This document shows, one piece after another, positions 9,207-19,502 of a DNA stretch of 64,000 bases. The position numbers and the translations under genes were made by a program. The DNA is from Candidatus Electronema sp. JM. GTDB taxonomy: Bacteria; Desulfobacterota; Desulfobulbia; Desulfobulbales; Desulfobulbaceae. The notes below the pieces were generated by a model. It saw only the letters and a list, made by a program, of their open reading frames with translations, did not search any database and had not been told where the DNA came from. Each line of letters opens with the position of its first letter. Position 1 is the stretch's first letter. The DNA is taken from assembly GCF_048287415.1 (NCBI RefSeq), contig NZ_JBLWEN010000001.1:88790-152789 (forward strand), read 5' to 3'.

Positions 9207-11447
9207 ATGCTGACCCCTGAGCAGCGCAGAAAAAAGCAGCGGCTGATCCGCTGGGTCATAGCCTTCTGCCTGCTGCTGATTCCCTGTCTGATCTGGATGC
9301 AGCGGCAGCTCCTGCAAGGCCAGCTCAACCTGCCGGTATCCAGCACGGTGCTGATCTTCGCCCTGATCAACATCAACGGCCTGCTGCTGCTGCTGCTGCT
9401 TTACCTGATACTCCGCAATCTGGTTGAGCTGCTGTTTGAATGCCGGAACCGAATTATCGGGGCGAGGCTGCGGGCCAAATTGGTGCTTGCCTTTGTCTCG
9501 CTTTCGATTATCCCGACAGCGGCCTTGTTTTTAGTCGCATTAGGATCAGTGTCCACCTCAATGGACTACTGGTTCAACAGCAATGTCGAGGACTCGCTGG
9601 AATCTTCTCTCAAGCTGGCTCAAGGCATATTTCAGGAAACCGAAAACCGGGCCGCCAATATGGGCAGGCAGATCAGTCTGCTGCTGGAAAACATTGATAT
9701 TCGTCTGGAGGACAGCGACGGTCTCCAGCAGCTCTTCAGCAACACCCTTGCTCTTGCCCCTTCCGGCGCGCCAGATGCCTTGGTGCTGATTGATCATCAA
9801 CTGCGGCTGCGGGCCTCTGCCAAAGGGGAGCGGTTGGCTGCAATCGCCCTGCCGGACATCCCCAGCGAGGCACTGCGCCGGGCAGAAAGCAGCCGCAGCC
9901 CGGAGATCGTCACCCGGCAGGTCGGCATCGGCGAGCTGGTGCAGGCTGCTGCGCCGATGCAGTTCAAAGACGGCAGCCGCGCCTTTCTGATCACCAGCCT
10001 GCTCATTCCGTCAGAGCAGTTAGCCCTGATGCAGTCGGTTTCGCAAGGCATCACTGGCTATAAGCAGCTTGTTCTGTTCAAGGCGCCGATCAAGCTGAGT
10101 TTAATCCTCATGCTGCTGATCATCACCCTGCTGATTCTCTTCGGGGCGATTTGGTTCGGTTTTTACATCGCCCGCTCAATGACCAGCTCCATCAACAAGC
10201 TGGCGATCGCCACCCAGCGCATTGCCGAAGGGGATTTGAATTTCACCATCGAGAAGGACTCGGACGACGAGCTGGGCCTGCTGGTGGATTCCTTCAACTC
10301 AATGACCGCCGACCTTTTGGCCAGCAACAGCCAGCTAGCTGAAGCGCATCAGGCCTTGCAGGAGTCAAATCAGATCTCGGAGCAGCGCCGCCGCTATCTG
10401 GAGGCCATCCTCCGCAACGTGGCCGCCGGGGTTATCGCCATCAACGAGCAGCATCAGGTCACGATCATCAATCCCTTTGCCGAAAAGCTGCTGCGCATAG
10501 ACCCCGCGCTCTTCCTGCAACGCGATTTCCATGAGGTGCTGCCCCTCTCGCACGCGGCGATGCTGGAGCAGTTTTTCAGCGACCTGCGCGAGTCCGGCCA
10601 GCGGAGCATTGAGCGGCATCTCAGCCTGACGGTGCGCAAGGGCGAGACCTACTCGCTCTTAGTCAACATCACCCGCCTGCTCGATGACCGCGAGCGGCCC
10701 ATCGGCTACGTCATTGTTTTTGATAATTTGACCAAGCTGGAGAAGGCCCAACGCATCGCAGCCTGGCAGGAAGTGGCCCGCCGCATCGCCCATGAGATCA
10801 AAAACCCGCTCACGCCGATCCAGCTTTCGGCGCAGCGGCTGCGCAAGCGGTATCTGGAAAGCATCAGCAAGGACCGGGAGATATTCGATCAGTGCACAGC
10901 GACCATCATTCAGCAGGTGGACGAGATCAAGCGGCTGGTGACTGAATTCTCCGACTTCGCCCGGATGCCGCGCATCAAGAAGCAGCAGGCGGATTTAACC
11001 GCGCTGGCCGCTGACACGCTGGTGCTCTACCGCGAGGGCTGCAAGCACATTGATTTTCAATTGGAGCGCGGCCAGGTTCCGCCCTTCTCCTTTGATCCGG
11101 TGCAGATCCGCCGCGTGCTGATCAATCTTTTAGACAACGCGGTCAGCGTCCTCAGCAGCGGCGGCGCGGTCAGCCTCGCCATCAGCCTTGACCAGAATGA
11201 GGAAACGGTCAGCGTCTCAGTCAGCGACAACGGCCCCGGCATCCCGGAGGAGGTCAAGCGGCGGCTCTTTGAACCCTACTTCTCCACCCGCAAATCCGGC
11301 ACCGGTCTTGGCTTGGCCATTGCCAACACCATCGTTTCCGAACACAACGGCTCCATCCGCGTGCAGGACAATGCCCCGACCGGCACGACGGTCATCGTGG
11401 AGCTGCCCTTTCTCCGCGAGGAGCCAGCATGTCCGCAAGCATCCTGA
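9207..11447 (+). CDS. NtrY-like sensor histidine kinase (multi-TM, HAMP, PAS, HisKA, HATPase)
   Basis: Four N-terminal TM helices, HAMP (IAEGDLNFTIEKDSDDELGLLVDSFNSM), PAS, H-box IAHEIKNPLTPI, and G-boxes DNGPGIP and GTGLGLAI. Confidence 0.85.
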   Translation: MLTPEQRRKKQRLIRWVIAFCLLLIPCLIWMQRQLLQGQLNLPVSSTVLIFALININGLLLLLLLYLILRNLVELLFECRNRIIGARLRAKLVLAFVSLSIIPTAALFLVALGSVSTSMDYWFNSNVEDSLESSLKLAQGIFQETENRAANMGRQISLLLENIDIRLEDSDGLQQLFSNTLALAPSGAPDALVLIDHQLRLRASAKGERLAAIALPDIPSEALRRAESSRSPEIVTRQVGIGELVQAAAPMQFKDGSRAFLITSLLIPSEQLALMQSVSQGITGYKQLVLFKAPIKLSLILMLLIITLLILFGAIWFGFYIARSMTSSINKLAIATQRIAEGDLNFTIEKDSDDELGLLVDSFNSMTADLLASNSQLAEAHQALQESNQISEQRRRYLEAILRNVAAGVIAINEQHQVTIINPFAEKLLRIDPALFLQRDFHEVLPLSHAAMLEQFFSDLRESGQRSIERHLSLTVRKGETYSLLVNITRLLDDRERPIGYVIVFDNLTKLEKAQRIAAWQEVARRIAHEIKNPLTPIQLSAQRLRKRYLESISKDREIFDQCTATIIQQVDEIKRLVTEFSDFARMPRIKKQQADLTALAADTLVLYREGCKHIDFQLERGQVPPFSFDPVQIRRVLINLLDNAVSVLSSGGAVSLAISLDQNEETVSVSVSDNGPGIPEEVKRRLFEPYFSTRKSGTGLGLAIANTIVSEHNGSIRVQDNAPTGTTVIVELPFLREEPACPQAS

Positions 11448-12796
11448 TCATTGACGACGAAAGCGCCATCCGCGAGAGCCTCTCCGGCATTCTGGAGGAC
11501 GAGGGCTTTCAGCCGCTGACCGCCGCCTCCGCCGAAGAGGGGCTGAACCTGCTGGCGCGGCAGGACGTTGATTTGATTCTTTTAGACATCTGGCTGCCGG
11601 GCATGGACGGCATCGAAGCCCTCAAGCGCATCCGGCAGAACTGGAGCGAGGCCCCGGTGATCATGATTTCCGGTCATGGCAGCGTTGAGACCGCAGTGCA
11701 GACCACCCGCATCGGCGCCTTCGATTTCATAGAAAAGCCGCTCTCTTATGACAAGGTGGTGCTGGCGGTCAACCAGGGCCTGCGGCTGGCCCGCTTGGAG
11801 CGCGAGAACCGCCTTCTGCGCGAGGCCGCGCCTGCCGGAGCGGCGATTATCGGCGAATCCCAAGCCATCCGCCAGCTGCGGCGGCAGATCGAGCGGGTCG
11901 CGCCCACAGACGCTTCCGTGCTGATTCTCGGCGGCCACGGCACCGGCAAGGAGCTGGCCGCGCAGGCTGTGCACCGCCAGTCGTCCCGCGCCGCCAGCCC
12001 GATGGTCGCGGTCAACTGCGCCGCCATCCCAGAGGAGCTGATTGAGTCCGAACTTTTCGGCTATGAGAAAGGGGCCTTCACCGGCGCGGACAAGGCCAAG
12101 CAGGGCAAATTTGACCAGGCCGACGGCTCAACGCTCTTTCTCGATGAAATCGGCGACATGAGCCTGAAGAGTCAGGCCAAGGTGCTGCGCGTCCTGCAAG
12201 AGAAGAACTTCGAGCGGGTCGGCGGCGGCAGGATGATTGAGGTGGATGTGCGCATCCTGGCAGCCACCAACAAGGATTTGGAGCAGGAAATCAAAGCTGG
12301 AAATTTCCGCGCCGACCTTTTCTACCGCCTGAACGTCATCCCGCTGCGCATCCCGGATTTGAAGGAGCGGCTGGAGGACATCCCGCTCCTTGCGGCGGAA
12401 TTCCTCCGCCAGCTCCGCAGCCGGGGCTTGGGCGAGAAGCGTTTAGACGACGGTGCGCTGGCCCTGCTCATGCGCCACAGCTGGCCCGGCAACATCCGCG
12501 AGCTGCGCAACCTGATCGAGCGGTTGGTGATCATGACTCCCGGCCAGCTTATCACCGCCGAGGATGTGAGCTTCTTTCTTCAGCCCAGCGCGGCACGGCC
12601 CATTCAGTCTGTCAGCCTGCCGGATTGGTGCCGCTTCGGCTTCAAGGAGGCGCGGCGGCAATTTGAGCACGATTATCTCTGCAAAAAGCTGGAAGAATGC
12701 GGCGGCAACATTTCCAAGACGGCGGAGACAATCGGCCTGGAGCGCAGCCATCTGCACAAGAAGCTGAAGGCATTGGGCATCAAGGCCGAGGAATAG
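11429..12796 (+). CDS. Sigma-54-dependent response regulator (NtrX/NtrC family: REC + AAA+ + Fis-type HTH)
   Basis: REC (ILIIDDE...DLILLDIWLPGMDG), Walker A GGHGTGKE, GAFTGA loop, ESELFGYEKGAFTGA, and a C-terminal HTH GGNISKTAETIGLERSHLHKKLK. It overlaps the kinase stop by 19 nt. Confidence 0.9.
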   Translation: MSASILIIDDESAIRESLSGILEDEGFQPLTAASAEEGLNLLARQDVDLILLDIWLPGMDGIEALKRIRQNWSEAPVIMISGHGSVETAVQTTRIGAFDFIEKPLSYDKVVLAVNQGLRLARLERENRLLREAAPAGAAIIGESQAIRQLRRQIERVAPTDASVLILGGHGTGKELAAQAVHRQSSRAASPMVAVNCAAIPEELIESELFGYEKGAFTGADKAKQGKFDQADGSTLFLDEIGDMSLKSQAKVLRVLQEKNFERVGGGRMIEVDVRILAATNKDLEQEIKAGNFRADLFYRLNVIPLRIPDLKERLEDIPLLAAEFLRQLRSRGLGEKRLDDGALALLMRHSWPGNIRELRNLIERLVIMTPGQLITAEDVSFFLQPSAARPIQSVSLPDWCRFGFKEARRQFEHDYLCKKLEECGGNISKTAETIGLERSHLHKKLKALGIKAEE

Positions 12797-13061
12797 GGTG
12801 AAGGGCCGACTTGCGCAGGGAATTGCTATCGGCATAGAGCAAGGCATTGCGTGGAAGACTAAACTCGAACCCGCCAGAATCATGCTGTAACGGCATGCCT
12901 GCCGAGCTGATTTGCAGATACACCGTATCGGCAAAGAGACGATTGAACGCCTTCGGGCGGAGATGTAATATGAAATCAAGGATAAATTTGCAATGGCAGA
13001 AAAATTCTGACAGAAGATCAGGAATTGCAAGCATCTCTTTCACCTGAATTAACAAACGCCA

Positions 13062-14159
13062 ATGACTGAAATCACCACAACCATCCCCCACGTCCGCCAG
13101 CGGATTGACGAGATAGACAGCAATATCCTCCGCCTGCTTCAGGAGCGCCTGAGCTGCGCTAAGGAAATCGGCAGGCTCAAGGCGCAGTCCAATCTGCTGA
13201 CTTGGGATCCGCAGCGCGAACGCGCCATTTACGCCCGCCTCTTGGAAGAAAACAGCGGCATCTTCCCGGAAGACGCTGTGCGCAGCGTCTTTCATGAAAT
13301 CATCACCGCCTGCCGCTTGGCCCAGAAACAGGACGAAGTCGCCTTTCTGGGGCCGGAGGGCACCTTCACCCACCTTGCCGGGGTGCGGCATTTCGGCACG
13401 TCCGCCCTCTACCGCCCAGCGGAGTCCATCGAGGATGTCTTCAACGAGGTGGAGAAGGGCCGGGTGCAGCACGGCGTGGTGCCGGTGGAGAACTCCACCG
13501 AAGGCTCGGTCTTCTGGACGCTGGACTCGTTCATGAAGTACAAGGTCAAGATTTGCGGCGAGCTGCAACTGCCTATCCGCCACAATCTCGTGTGCAGCTC
13601 CGGCAGGATTGAGGACATTCAGGCTGTGGCCTCGCACGCCCAGCCGCTGGCGCAATGCCGCGAGTGGCTGCGCAAGCACCTGCCCGGTATTTCCACTCTG
13701 ACCATGCCTTCCACCGCCGCTGCGGCGCAGATGGCGGCGGAGAATCCGAACATCGGCGCAATCGTCAGCGACTTGGCGGTGAAGCTCTACGCGGTGCAGG
13801 TCGCGGTGCCGGGGATTGAGGACTATCAGGGCAACACCACGCGCTTTCTCATCATCAGCAATCACTCGCACTCGCGCAGCGGCAGCGACAAGACCTCGCT
13901 TCTGCTCGGCTTGGCGGACAAGCCCGGCGCGCTGAAGGAGGCGTTGACCATCCTGTCCGACAAAGGCATCAATCTGGCCAAGATTGAATCCAGGCCAATG
14001 AAGGGCAAACGCTGGCAGTACCTCTTCTTCATGGACCTGATCGGCCACATTGAAGACGCGGTGATTCAGGACGGCTGCGAGGCCTTGAAGCAGATATGCT
14101 CCTATTATGAATGGCTCGGCTCCTATCCCAAGGCCGTTGAGCCTGAGGCAGGAATTTGA
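13062..14159 (+). CDS. pheA: Bifunctional chorismate mutase / prephenate dehydratase (P-protein)
   Basis: CM domain (RQRIDEIDSNILRLLQERLSCAKEIGRLK), PDT domain (VAFLGPEGTFTH...VVPVENSTEGSV), and an ACT domain with the ESRP motif (NLAKIESRPMK). Confidence 0.9.
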   Translation: MTEITTTIPHVRQRIDEIDSNILRLLQERLSCAKEIGRLKAQSNLLTWDPQRERAIYARLLEENSGIFPEDAVRSVFHEIITACRLAQKQDEVAFLGPEGTFTHLAGVRHFGTSALYRPAESIEDVFNEVEKGRVQHGVVPVENSTEGSVFWTLDSFMKYKVKICGELQLPIRHNLVCSSGRIEDIQAVASHAQPLAQCREWLRKHLPGISTLTMPSTAAAAQMAAENPNIGAIVSDLAVKLYAVQVAVPGIEDYQGNTTRFLIISNHSHSRSGSDKTSLLLGLADKPGALKEALTILSDKGINLAKIESRPMKGKRWQYLFFMDLIGHIEDAVIQDGCEALKQICSYYEWLGSYPKAVEPEAGI

Positions 14160-14289
14160 CCGCTGGGCTTGCCGCACTCCAAATTTAGCTGACCAATGCT
14201 ATGCTGCGAAGAGCATGATGTCAACTAAGCTGCATTTTTCTCAATGAAGCAGATTTGATGCCGAAGCCGCCGACACGCCGCCTCGTGTC

Positions 14290-14700
14290 CTGCATCCATT
14301 CTTGATGCTGTCAGCTTTCATGCAGCGTATATCAAGCGGCTCCAGCAGACGGTTGAGGATCAATGACCATATTGACAGTCATCCCGGCATGAAGCAGGAC
14401 ATGGAGCTGCTGGTCAACATTCCGGCGGTCGGGCCGCAGACCGGCAGCAAGATGCCCGCAGTCATGAAAGCCCGCCATTTTCAATCTGCCGAGCAGCTCG
14501 CCGCTTATTTGGGCCGGGCACCTCTCGAAGACAGGTCCGGCCAAACTTCGGGCTGTGCCGCACATGGCCGCTGTTGTGGCCGTTCGGCGTAATCCGAACA
14601 TCAAAGCCCCCTATGCACAACTGCTTTCGCGGCAAATCCACAATGTCGGCTTTGGGGGCTGCAATGCGCAAGCTCGCTCATTCTGCTTCGGCGTGGTGCT
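14290..14700 (+). pseudogene. IS110-family transposase remnant (C-terminal third only, at least two frameshifts)
   Basis: Three frames together read ...HPGMKQDMELLVNIPAVGPQTG...FQSAEQLAAYLGRAP...SGQTSG / AAVVAVRRNPNIKAPYAQLLSR / RGKSTMSALGAAMRKLAH. This is the conserved IS110/IS116/IS902 C-terminal region. No N-terminal DEDD domain is present. Confidence 0.7.
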
Positions 14701-14706
14701 CACTTG

Positions 14707-17247
14707 CTATTCTGCTCCAGCTCTATCACTCTCCCCGCTGTCCTCCGCGCCGTCTTCCTCTGCCTCCACATCGCCGGATGAGCGCGCCAAGATGGACATG
14801 TCCACTACCTTTTCGCCCTCGCCGAGATTGATCATCCGCACGCCCTGCGTGTTGCGGCCAATCACCCGGAAGGAGTCCATGGGCAGGCGGATCACCTTGG
14901 CCGAGTTGGCGATCAGCATGACCTGATCGCTGTCCTCCACTTGCAGTGCGCCGACCACCAAGCCATTGCGCTCGCTGGTCTTGATGGTGGAGACACCCTT
15001 GCCGCCACGGCTTTGCAGGCGGTACTCAGAGATGGCTGTGCGCTTGCCGTAACCATTCTCAGTCACAGTGAGGATGGACGTGGACTCGCAGTCGCTCTTC
15101 TTCAGCACCACCGCGCCGACCACCTCGTCCTCGTCCACCAGCGTGATGCCCTTGACCCCGCTGGCGACGCGGCCCATCTCGCGCACGTCATCCTCATGGA
15201 AGTGAATGGACTGGCCGTGCCGCGTGACAAGGAAGACCTCGTCCTCGCCGGAAGTGACAGCCGCGCAGAGTATCTCGTCGTCCTCGCGGATGGTCAGGCC
15301 GATCTTGCCCTTGCGCATGGGCCGCTTGTACTCAGCGATGCTGGTCTTCTTGACGATGCCTTTCTTGGTCACCGTGAGGATGGAGAGGGCCTCGTCAGCA
15401 TGGGCAAGATCAGCTATGGGCAGGATGGCCGCCACCTTCTCGCCCTCGGCCAGCTCCAGCAGATTGACTATTGCCCGGCCTTTCGCTGTACGCCCGCCTT
15501 CAGGCAGCTCATAGACCTTGCGCCAGAAGACGCGGCCCCGGTTGGTGAAGAAGAGGAAGGTGTCGAGCGTCGAGGCGGCATACAGGCCGGAGACAAAGTC
15601 GTCCTTGACATCGGCCATGCCCGCCACGCCCTTGCCGCCGCGCCGCTGCGCCCGGTAGAGACTGAGCGCGGCGCGTTTGATGTAGCCATTGTGCGAGACG
15701 GTGACCACCATCTCCTCGTCGGCGATCATGTCTTCCGGCAGTATCTCATCCGCCGCCTCGATGATCTCCGTGCGCCGCGCGTCGCCGTACTGCTCGCGGA
15801 TCTCGCGGAACTCGTCGCGGATGATCTGCATGACCAGCGCGTCGTCCGCCAGTACCTTCTTCAGCCAGGCGATGCGCTCAAGGATCTCCGCATACTCCTG
15901 CATGATCTTGTCGCGCTCCAAGCCGGTGAGGCGTTGCAGGCGCATGTCCAAGATCACTTGCGCTTGCAGCTCGGACAGAGCGAAGCGCTCCATCAGCCCG
16001 GCCTTGGCCTCCGGCGGGCCAGCAGCGGCGCGGATCATGTCCACCGCCGCGTCGAGATTGTCGAGAGCGATCTTCAGCCCTTCTAAGAGGTGGGCGCGCT
16101 CCTCAGCTTTGCCTAAGTCAAAGGCGGTGCGGCGGTACACCACCGTGCGCCGGTGCTCCAAGAAGTGAACGAGCAGCTGCTTGAGGTTAAGTATCTCTGG
16201 CCTGCCGTTGACGATGCAGAGCATGATCACGCCGAAGCTCTTTTGCAGCGGCGTGAGGCTGTAGAGCTGGTTGATGGTCACGTCCGGGTTCTCGTCCCGC
16301 TTCAGATCCATGACGATGCGCAGGCCGTCGCGGTCAGACTCGTCGCGCACCTCGGCAATGCCCGGCAGCCGCTTCTCCTTCATCAGCAGAGCGATGCGCT
16401 GCACAAGATCGGCCTTGTTCTGCTGATAGGGCACCTCAGTAACAACGATGGCCTCGCCTTCGCCCTTTTTGCGCCGCTCCACGTGCAGCCTGCCGCGCAT
16501 GACGATCCTGCCGCGTCCCGTCTCGTAGGCCTCGCGGATGCCCGCTCTGCCGCAGATGAAGCCGCCGGTGGGGAAGTCCGGGCCGCTGATCTGCTCCAGC
16601 AGCTCCAGCACGCTGATGCCGGGCCGGTCAATCAGCGCGAGCAGGCCGTCCATCAGCTCGCTCAGATTGTGCGGCGGAATCTTGGTGGCCATGCCCACCG
16701 CGATGCCTTCCGAGCCGTTGAGAAGCAGGTTCGGGATGCGCGAGGGCAGGACGGTCGGCTCCTGCTGCGAGCCGTCATAGTTGGGAATGAAATCCACCGT
16801 GTCCTTCTCGATGTCCGCCACCAGCTCCTGATCCAGCCTGCTCATGCGGGCCTCGGTGTAGCGCATGGCCGCCGCCGAGTCGCCGTCCATGGAGCCGAAG
16901 TTGCCCTGGCCGTCCACGAGCGGATAGCGCAGCGAGAAGTCCTGGGCCATGCGCACGATGGTGTCGTACACCGCCGTGTCGCCATGCGGGTGGTATTTGC
17001 CGATCACGTCGCCGACGATGCGGGCCGACTTGACGTAGGGCCGGTTGTGGAATGTGCCCAGCTCGCGCATGGCGTAGAGGCAGCGCCGGTGCACCGGCTT
17101 GAGGCCGTCGCGCACATCAGGCAGGGCGCGGCCGACAATCACGGACATGGCGTAGTCCAGATAGGACTTGCGCAGCTCCTTCTCTATGTCAACGGTCTGA
17201 ATCGCTTCGGGCAGGACTTCGTCCTGCGCTGCTTCTACTGTGGTCAT
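14707..17247 (-). CDS. gyrA: DNA gyrase subunit A
   Basis: An 846-aa full-length match to the GyrA pattern: catalytic region [10 protein letters not shown], the QRDR-type segment [11 protein letters not shown], and a C-terminal beta-pinwheel with an acidic tail. Confidence 0.97.
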   Translation of the reverse strand: MTTVEAAQDEVLPEAIQTVDIEKELRKSYLDYAMSVIVGRALPDVRDGLKPVHRRCLYAMRELGTFHNRPYVKSARIVGDVIGKYHPHGDTAVYDTIVRMAQDFSLRYPLVDGQGNFGSMDGDSAAAMRYTEARMSRLDQELVADIEKDTVDFIPNYDGSQQEPTVLPSRIPNLLLNGSEGIAVGMATKIPPHNLSELMDGLLALIDRPGISVLELLEQISGPDFPTGGFICGRAGIREAYETGRGRIVMRGRLHVERRKKGEGEAIVVTEVPYQQNKADLVQRIALLMKEKRLPGIAEVRDESDRDGLRIVMDLKRDENPDVTINQLYSLTPLQKSFGVIMLCIVNGRPEILNLKQLLVHFLEHRRTVVYRRTAFDLGKAEERAHLLEGLKIALDNLDAAVDMIRAAAGPPEAKAGLMERFALSELQAQVILDMRLQRLTGLERDKIMQEYAEILERIAWLKKVLADDALVMQIIRDEFREIREQYGDARRTEIIEAADEILPEDMIADEEMVVTVSHNGYIKRAALSLYRAQRRGGKGVAGMADVKDDFVSGLYAASTLDTFLFFTNRGRVFWRKVYELPEGGRTAKGRAIVNLLELAEGEKVAAILPIADLAHADEALSILTVTKKGIVKKTSIAEYKRPMRKGKIGLTIREDDEILCAAVTSGEDEVFLVTRHGQSIHFHEDDVREMGRVASGVKGITLVDEDEVVGAVVLKKSDCESTSILTVTENGYGKRTAISEYRLQSRGGKGVSTIKTSERNGLVVGALQVEDSDQVMLIANSAKVIRLPMDSFRVIGRNTQGVRMINLGEGEKVVDMSILARSSGDVEAEEDGAEDSGESDRAGAE

Positions 17248-17280
17248 GCCTTGCCTTGTGTCGTGGTTGCCGGCCGCGGA

Positions 17281-17688
17281 TCAGCGCAGGCCGTTCTCAT
17301 TGAAGAATGCGCTGTACTTCTTGTCTGTGCCCTTGATGTGGCCTTGCAGCCAGTCGCGCAGGAAGTACAGGGTGTCTATGGAGACCGTCAGGCGGCCTCC
17401 CTCAAAGTCGATCTGGAACTCAGTCACCTTCTTGACAAAGGCGGCGTGCTCCTTCACATGCGCCGTTGTGTCCGGGTATTTGAACTGGGCGAAGTACTTC
17501 TCCTCCGCCTTGAAATGGGTGTCGGTGTAGCTGATCAGGCCGCTGAGGATCCTGCCCAGCACATCCTTCCCCTTGCCGCTCTTCATTGCGTCGTGCAGCT
17601 CGTTGATCATCGCCACCAGCTTGCGGTGCTGGCTGTCGATCTCCGCCACATTGACGCTCAAGCTCTCGTCCCACGCTATCAGGCTCAT
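17281..17688 (-). CDS. Bacteriohemerythrin
   Basis: ATG at 17688 with GGGAGGG RBS. WDESLSVNVAEIDSQHRKLV...HF..EE..F......H..EH..F......WL..HI..TD shows the hemerythrin His/Glu/Asp iron-ligand pattern. Confidence 0.85.
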   Translation of the reverse strand: MSLIAWDESLSVNVAEIDSQHRKLVAMINELHDAMKSGKGKDVLGRILSGLISYTDTHFKAEEKYFAQFKYPDTTAHVKEHAAFVKKVTEFQIDFEGGRLTVSIDTLYFLRDWLQGHIKGTDKKYSAFFNENGLR

Positions 17689-17713
17689 TTTGGCACCCTC
17701 CCTGTTTGCTTGG

Positions 17714-18586
17714 TTATTGTGGTGTTGCATTCTTACTGAAATATTTTTTCATGAGAATGAACCGTTCAACAGCGCAATCATTTCTAAGTTTCATGTATTT
17801 GCCATCAAATGGAGTTGGTGCATGCAGGCAGGCGAATTTTTCATCATATACAGTAAGCAGAACACCTCTCGCCCGTGTGAAGAAATCAGCATGTTCTAAT
17901 TTTTTAAGCTTGTTGTCCCAGCCGACTTTTTTTATCCTGTCTGTTCTGCAGATAAAAAAATTTGGCACTTTATCGTAAACAGGAAGGCCTGAAATTTTGC
18001 TGCCGATTGGAGCCACAGGCTGAGAATCAGTCGGATACAAACCTATCTTGCTGTAAGCATGAATTGTAAAAAAAGGAAGGTCAATCACCTTTCCTCCTAA
18101 TATATCAATTCTTGAATCAGAATCTATCAAATAAAGACTATCCTCTATCTTTGTTTTTCTGAAAAAGACAAAATCGTCATCTAAAAAAAGCGTGTACTTT
18201 GTTGCAACGCAACCTAACGCCGCATTTCGTCCTGCGGATATGCCTGAATTATATGGCATGGTTATCTTCTCAACGCTCTTGACTTCTTCTGGATGCAGAC
18301 TGTCATCAACTACAATAATTTTAATAGATGGATAATATTTCCTTATACTCCGCAGAAGACGGACAAGTGCTTTGTAACGTTCAAATGTTTTTATAACAAT
18401 CGTTAGTTCATTCAGCAGCTCGCTGTTGCTTGGAGCGGCAGGTTTTAGTGAATCAAGAAAATTTTGCAGTGCCAATTCAAGATAAATAACAAAATCGTAA
18501 AAAAATTTAGCAACAAATTGAACCCTGCTGCCCATCAGAGCATATTTTATCTTTTTCAGATAAAAAAAAGCGATATTTTTATTCAT
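17714..18586 (-). CDS. Family-2-like glycosyltransferase, strongly AT-rich
   Basis: LTIVIKTFERY...IKIIVVDDS and FLDDDFVF resemble GT-A fold DxD motifs. A hand count of 18101-18200 gives 27% GC. Confidence 0.6.
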   Translation of the reverse strand: MNKNIAFFYLKKIKYALMGSRVQFVAKFFYDFVIYLELALQNFLDSLKPAAPSNSELLNELTIVIKTFERYKALVRLLRSIRKYYPSIKIIVVDDSLHPEEVKSVEKITMPYNSGISAGRNAALGCVATKYTLFLDDDFVFFRKTKIEDSLYLIDSDSRIDILGGKVIDLPFFTIHAYSKIGLYPTDSQPVAPIGSKISGLPVYDKVPNFFICRTDRIKKVGWDNKLKKLEHADFFTRARGVLLTVYDEKFACLHAPTPFDGKYMKLRNDCAVERFILMKKYFSKNATPQ

Positions 18587-19502
18587 GCGACTTGCTTTCC
18601 TTCATTAAATTTTGTTGTTTCTGCTCCTGTAAGCTGGCCAGTTCCTCGCCGGACAGGCCAGTGCTGGCAGCAATAACCTCCAGCGCGACACCGTGCGCCA
18701 GCAGGCTGCGGGCAACAGCGAGCTTCTCCTCACGTTTTCCCTGTTCCATGCCTTGTGCCATGCCCTTCGCCAAGCCATCCTTCTCCGCCTTGGCCAGCGC
18801 TCCCTGCTGGAGCATGATGAAGTCCCGGCGTTTGAACTGCATCTCCAGCTCCTCCTCGTTCAGGGCGGCAGTGTTGGCCAAATCAAAGGCATCAAGCAGC
18901 GGCGGCTCAGTGAAGGTCTTGGGGATGAAGTCAAGGCTGCCAGCGTGCTTGATGAAGTATATCCATTTATCGGTGACGGAATCCAGCTCAGTCTCGCTTT
19001 TGCTGAATTTTGGCAGCTCGATGAAGATCAGCTCAATGTCGCCATTGTACTGAACAAGCTGCTCTTTTTCTCTGAGATCCCAATACGAAATAGCCTTGCC
19101 GAACTCAGGGAACATCGCAAAGTCGGTGATGGTCAGGGCTATGACCGGCTCCAAGCTGGCGTAGTGCTGCGAGCGTTTGAGCTGAGATGAGTAAAGTTTG
19201 GCGGCGTTGTACAACACCCGCTTCTCAAAGCCCTCGACATTCAGCACCTGCATCTCGACGATCACCCTGCGCTGATTGGACAGCACCGCCTTCACGTCCA
19301 CATAGCTGTCTTTCATGCCTTTTAATAGCGGCACCTGATACGGATCAACTATGGTCAGGTCGGTAATTTGCGCATCTTCAAAGTCAATCACGGCATTGAG
19401 GAAGTCAATCAGGATGCCTTTTGACTGCTCGCTGCCGAAGTTTGGCAATCTCTTCTTCAGATAATCCCGTGCTGGCAGCGATGACCGCCGATGCAACGCC
19501 AT
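18579..19502 (-). CDS. Rpn-family (YhgA-like) PD-(D/E)XK recombination-promoting nuclease / putative transposase, paralog 2
   Basis: LIDFLNAV...DLTIVDPY...DSYVDVKA....VIVEMQV shows the nuclease core pattern, with a helical C-terminal tail (LLAHGVALEVIAASTGLSGEEL). Start is uncertain: ATG at 19502 or TTG at 19523. Either start overlaps the upstream paralog by about 100 nt. Confidence 0.65.
   Translation of the reverse strand: MALHRRSSLPARDYLKKRLPNFGSEQSKGILIDFLNAVIDFEDAQITDLTIVDPYQVPLLKGMKDSYVDVKAVLSNQRRVIVEMQVLNVEGFEKRVLYNAAKLYSSQLKRSQHYASLEPVIALTITDFAMFPEFGKAISYWDLREKEQLVQYNGDIELIFIELPKFSKSETELDSVTDKWIYFIKHAGSLDFIPKTFTEPPLLDAFDLANTAALNEEELEMQFKRRDFIMLQQGALAKAEKDGLAKGMAQGMEQGKREEKLAVARSLLAHGVALEVIAASTGLSGEELASLQEQKQQNLMKESKSHE

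Noticed and set aside
9379-9396. CTG-repeat microsatellite (CTGCTGCTGCTGCTGCTT)
   Set aside because: It is in frame and encodes a poly-Leu stretch of a transmembrane helix of the NtrY-like kinase. This is ordinary codon-usage repetition.
12797-13061. 265-nt pheA upstream region as a Phe leader-peptide attenuator
   Set aside because: No short ORF with tandem Phe codons and no terminator/antiterminator pair were visible. The only ORF (12847-13047) has no Phe run.
12780-14177. 465-aa minus-strand ORF covering the whole pheA region
   Set aside because: It is antisense to a gene with unmistakable chorismate mutase, PDT and ACT motifs. Its own translation is Arg/Ala/Gly/His-rich with no recognisable motif, which is the typical GC-rich antisense artefact.
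14941-17739. Plus-strand ORFs of 381, 159 and 528 aa opposite gyrA and the hemerythrin gene
   Set aside because: They are antisense shadows of gyrA. They are low-complexity and Arg/His/Leu/Ala-rich, with no start context or motifs.
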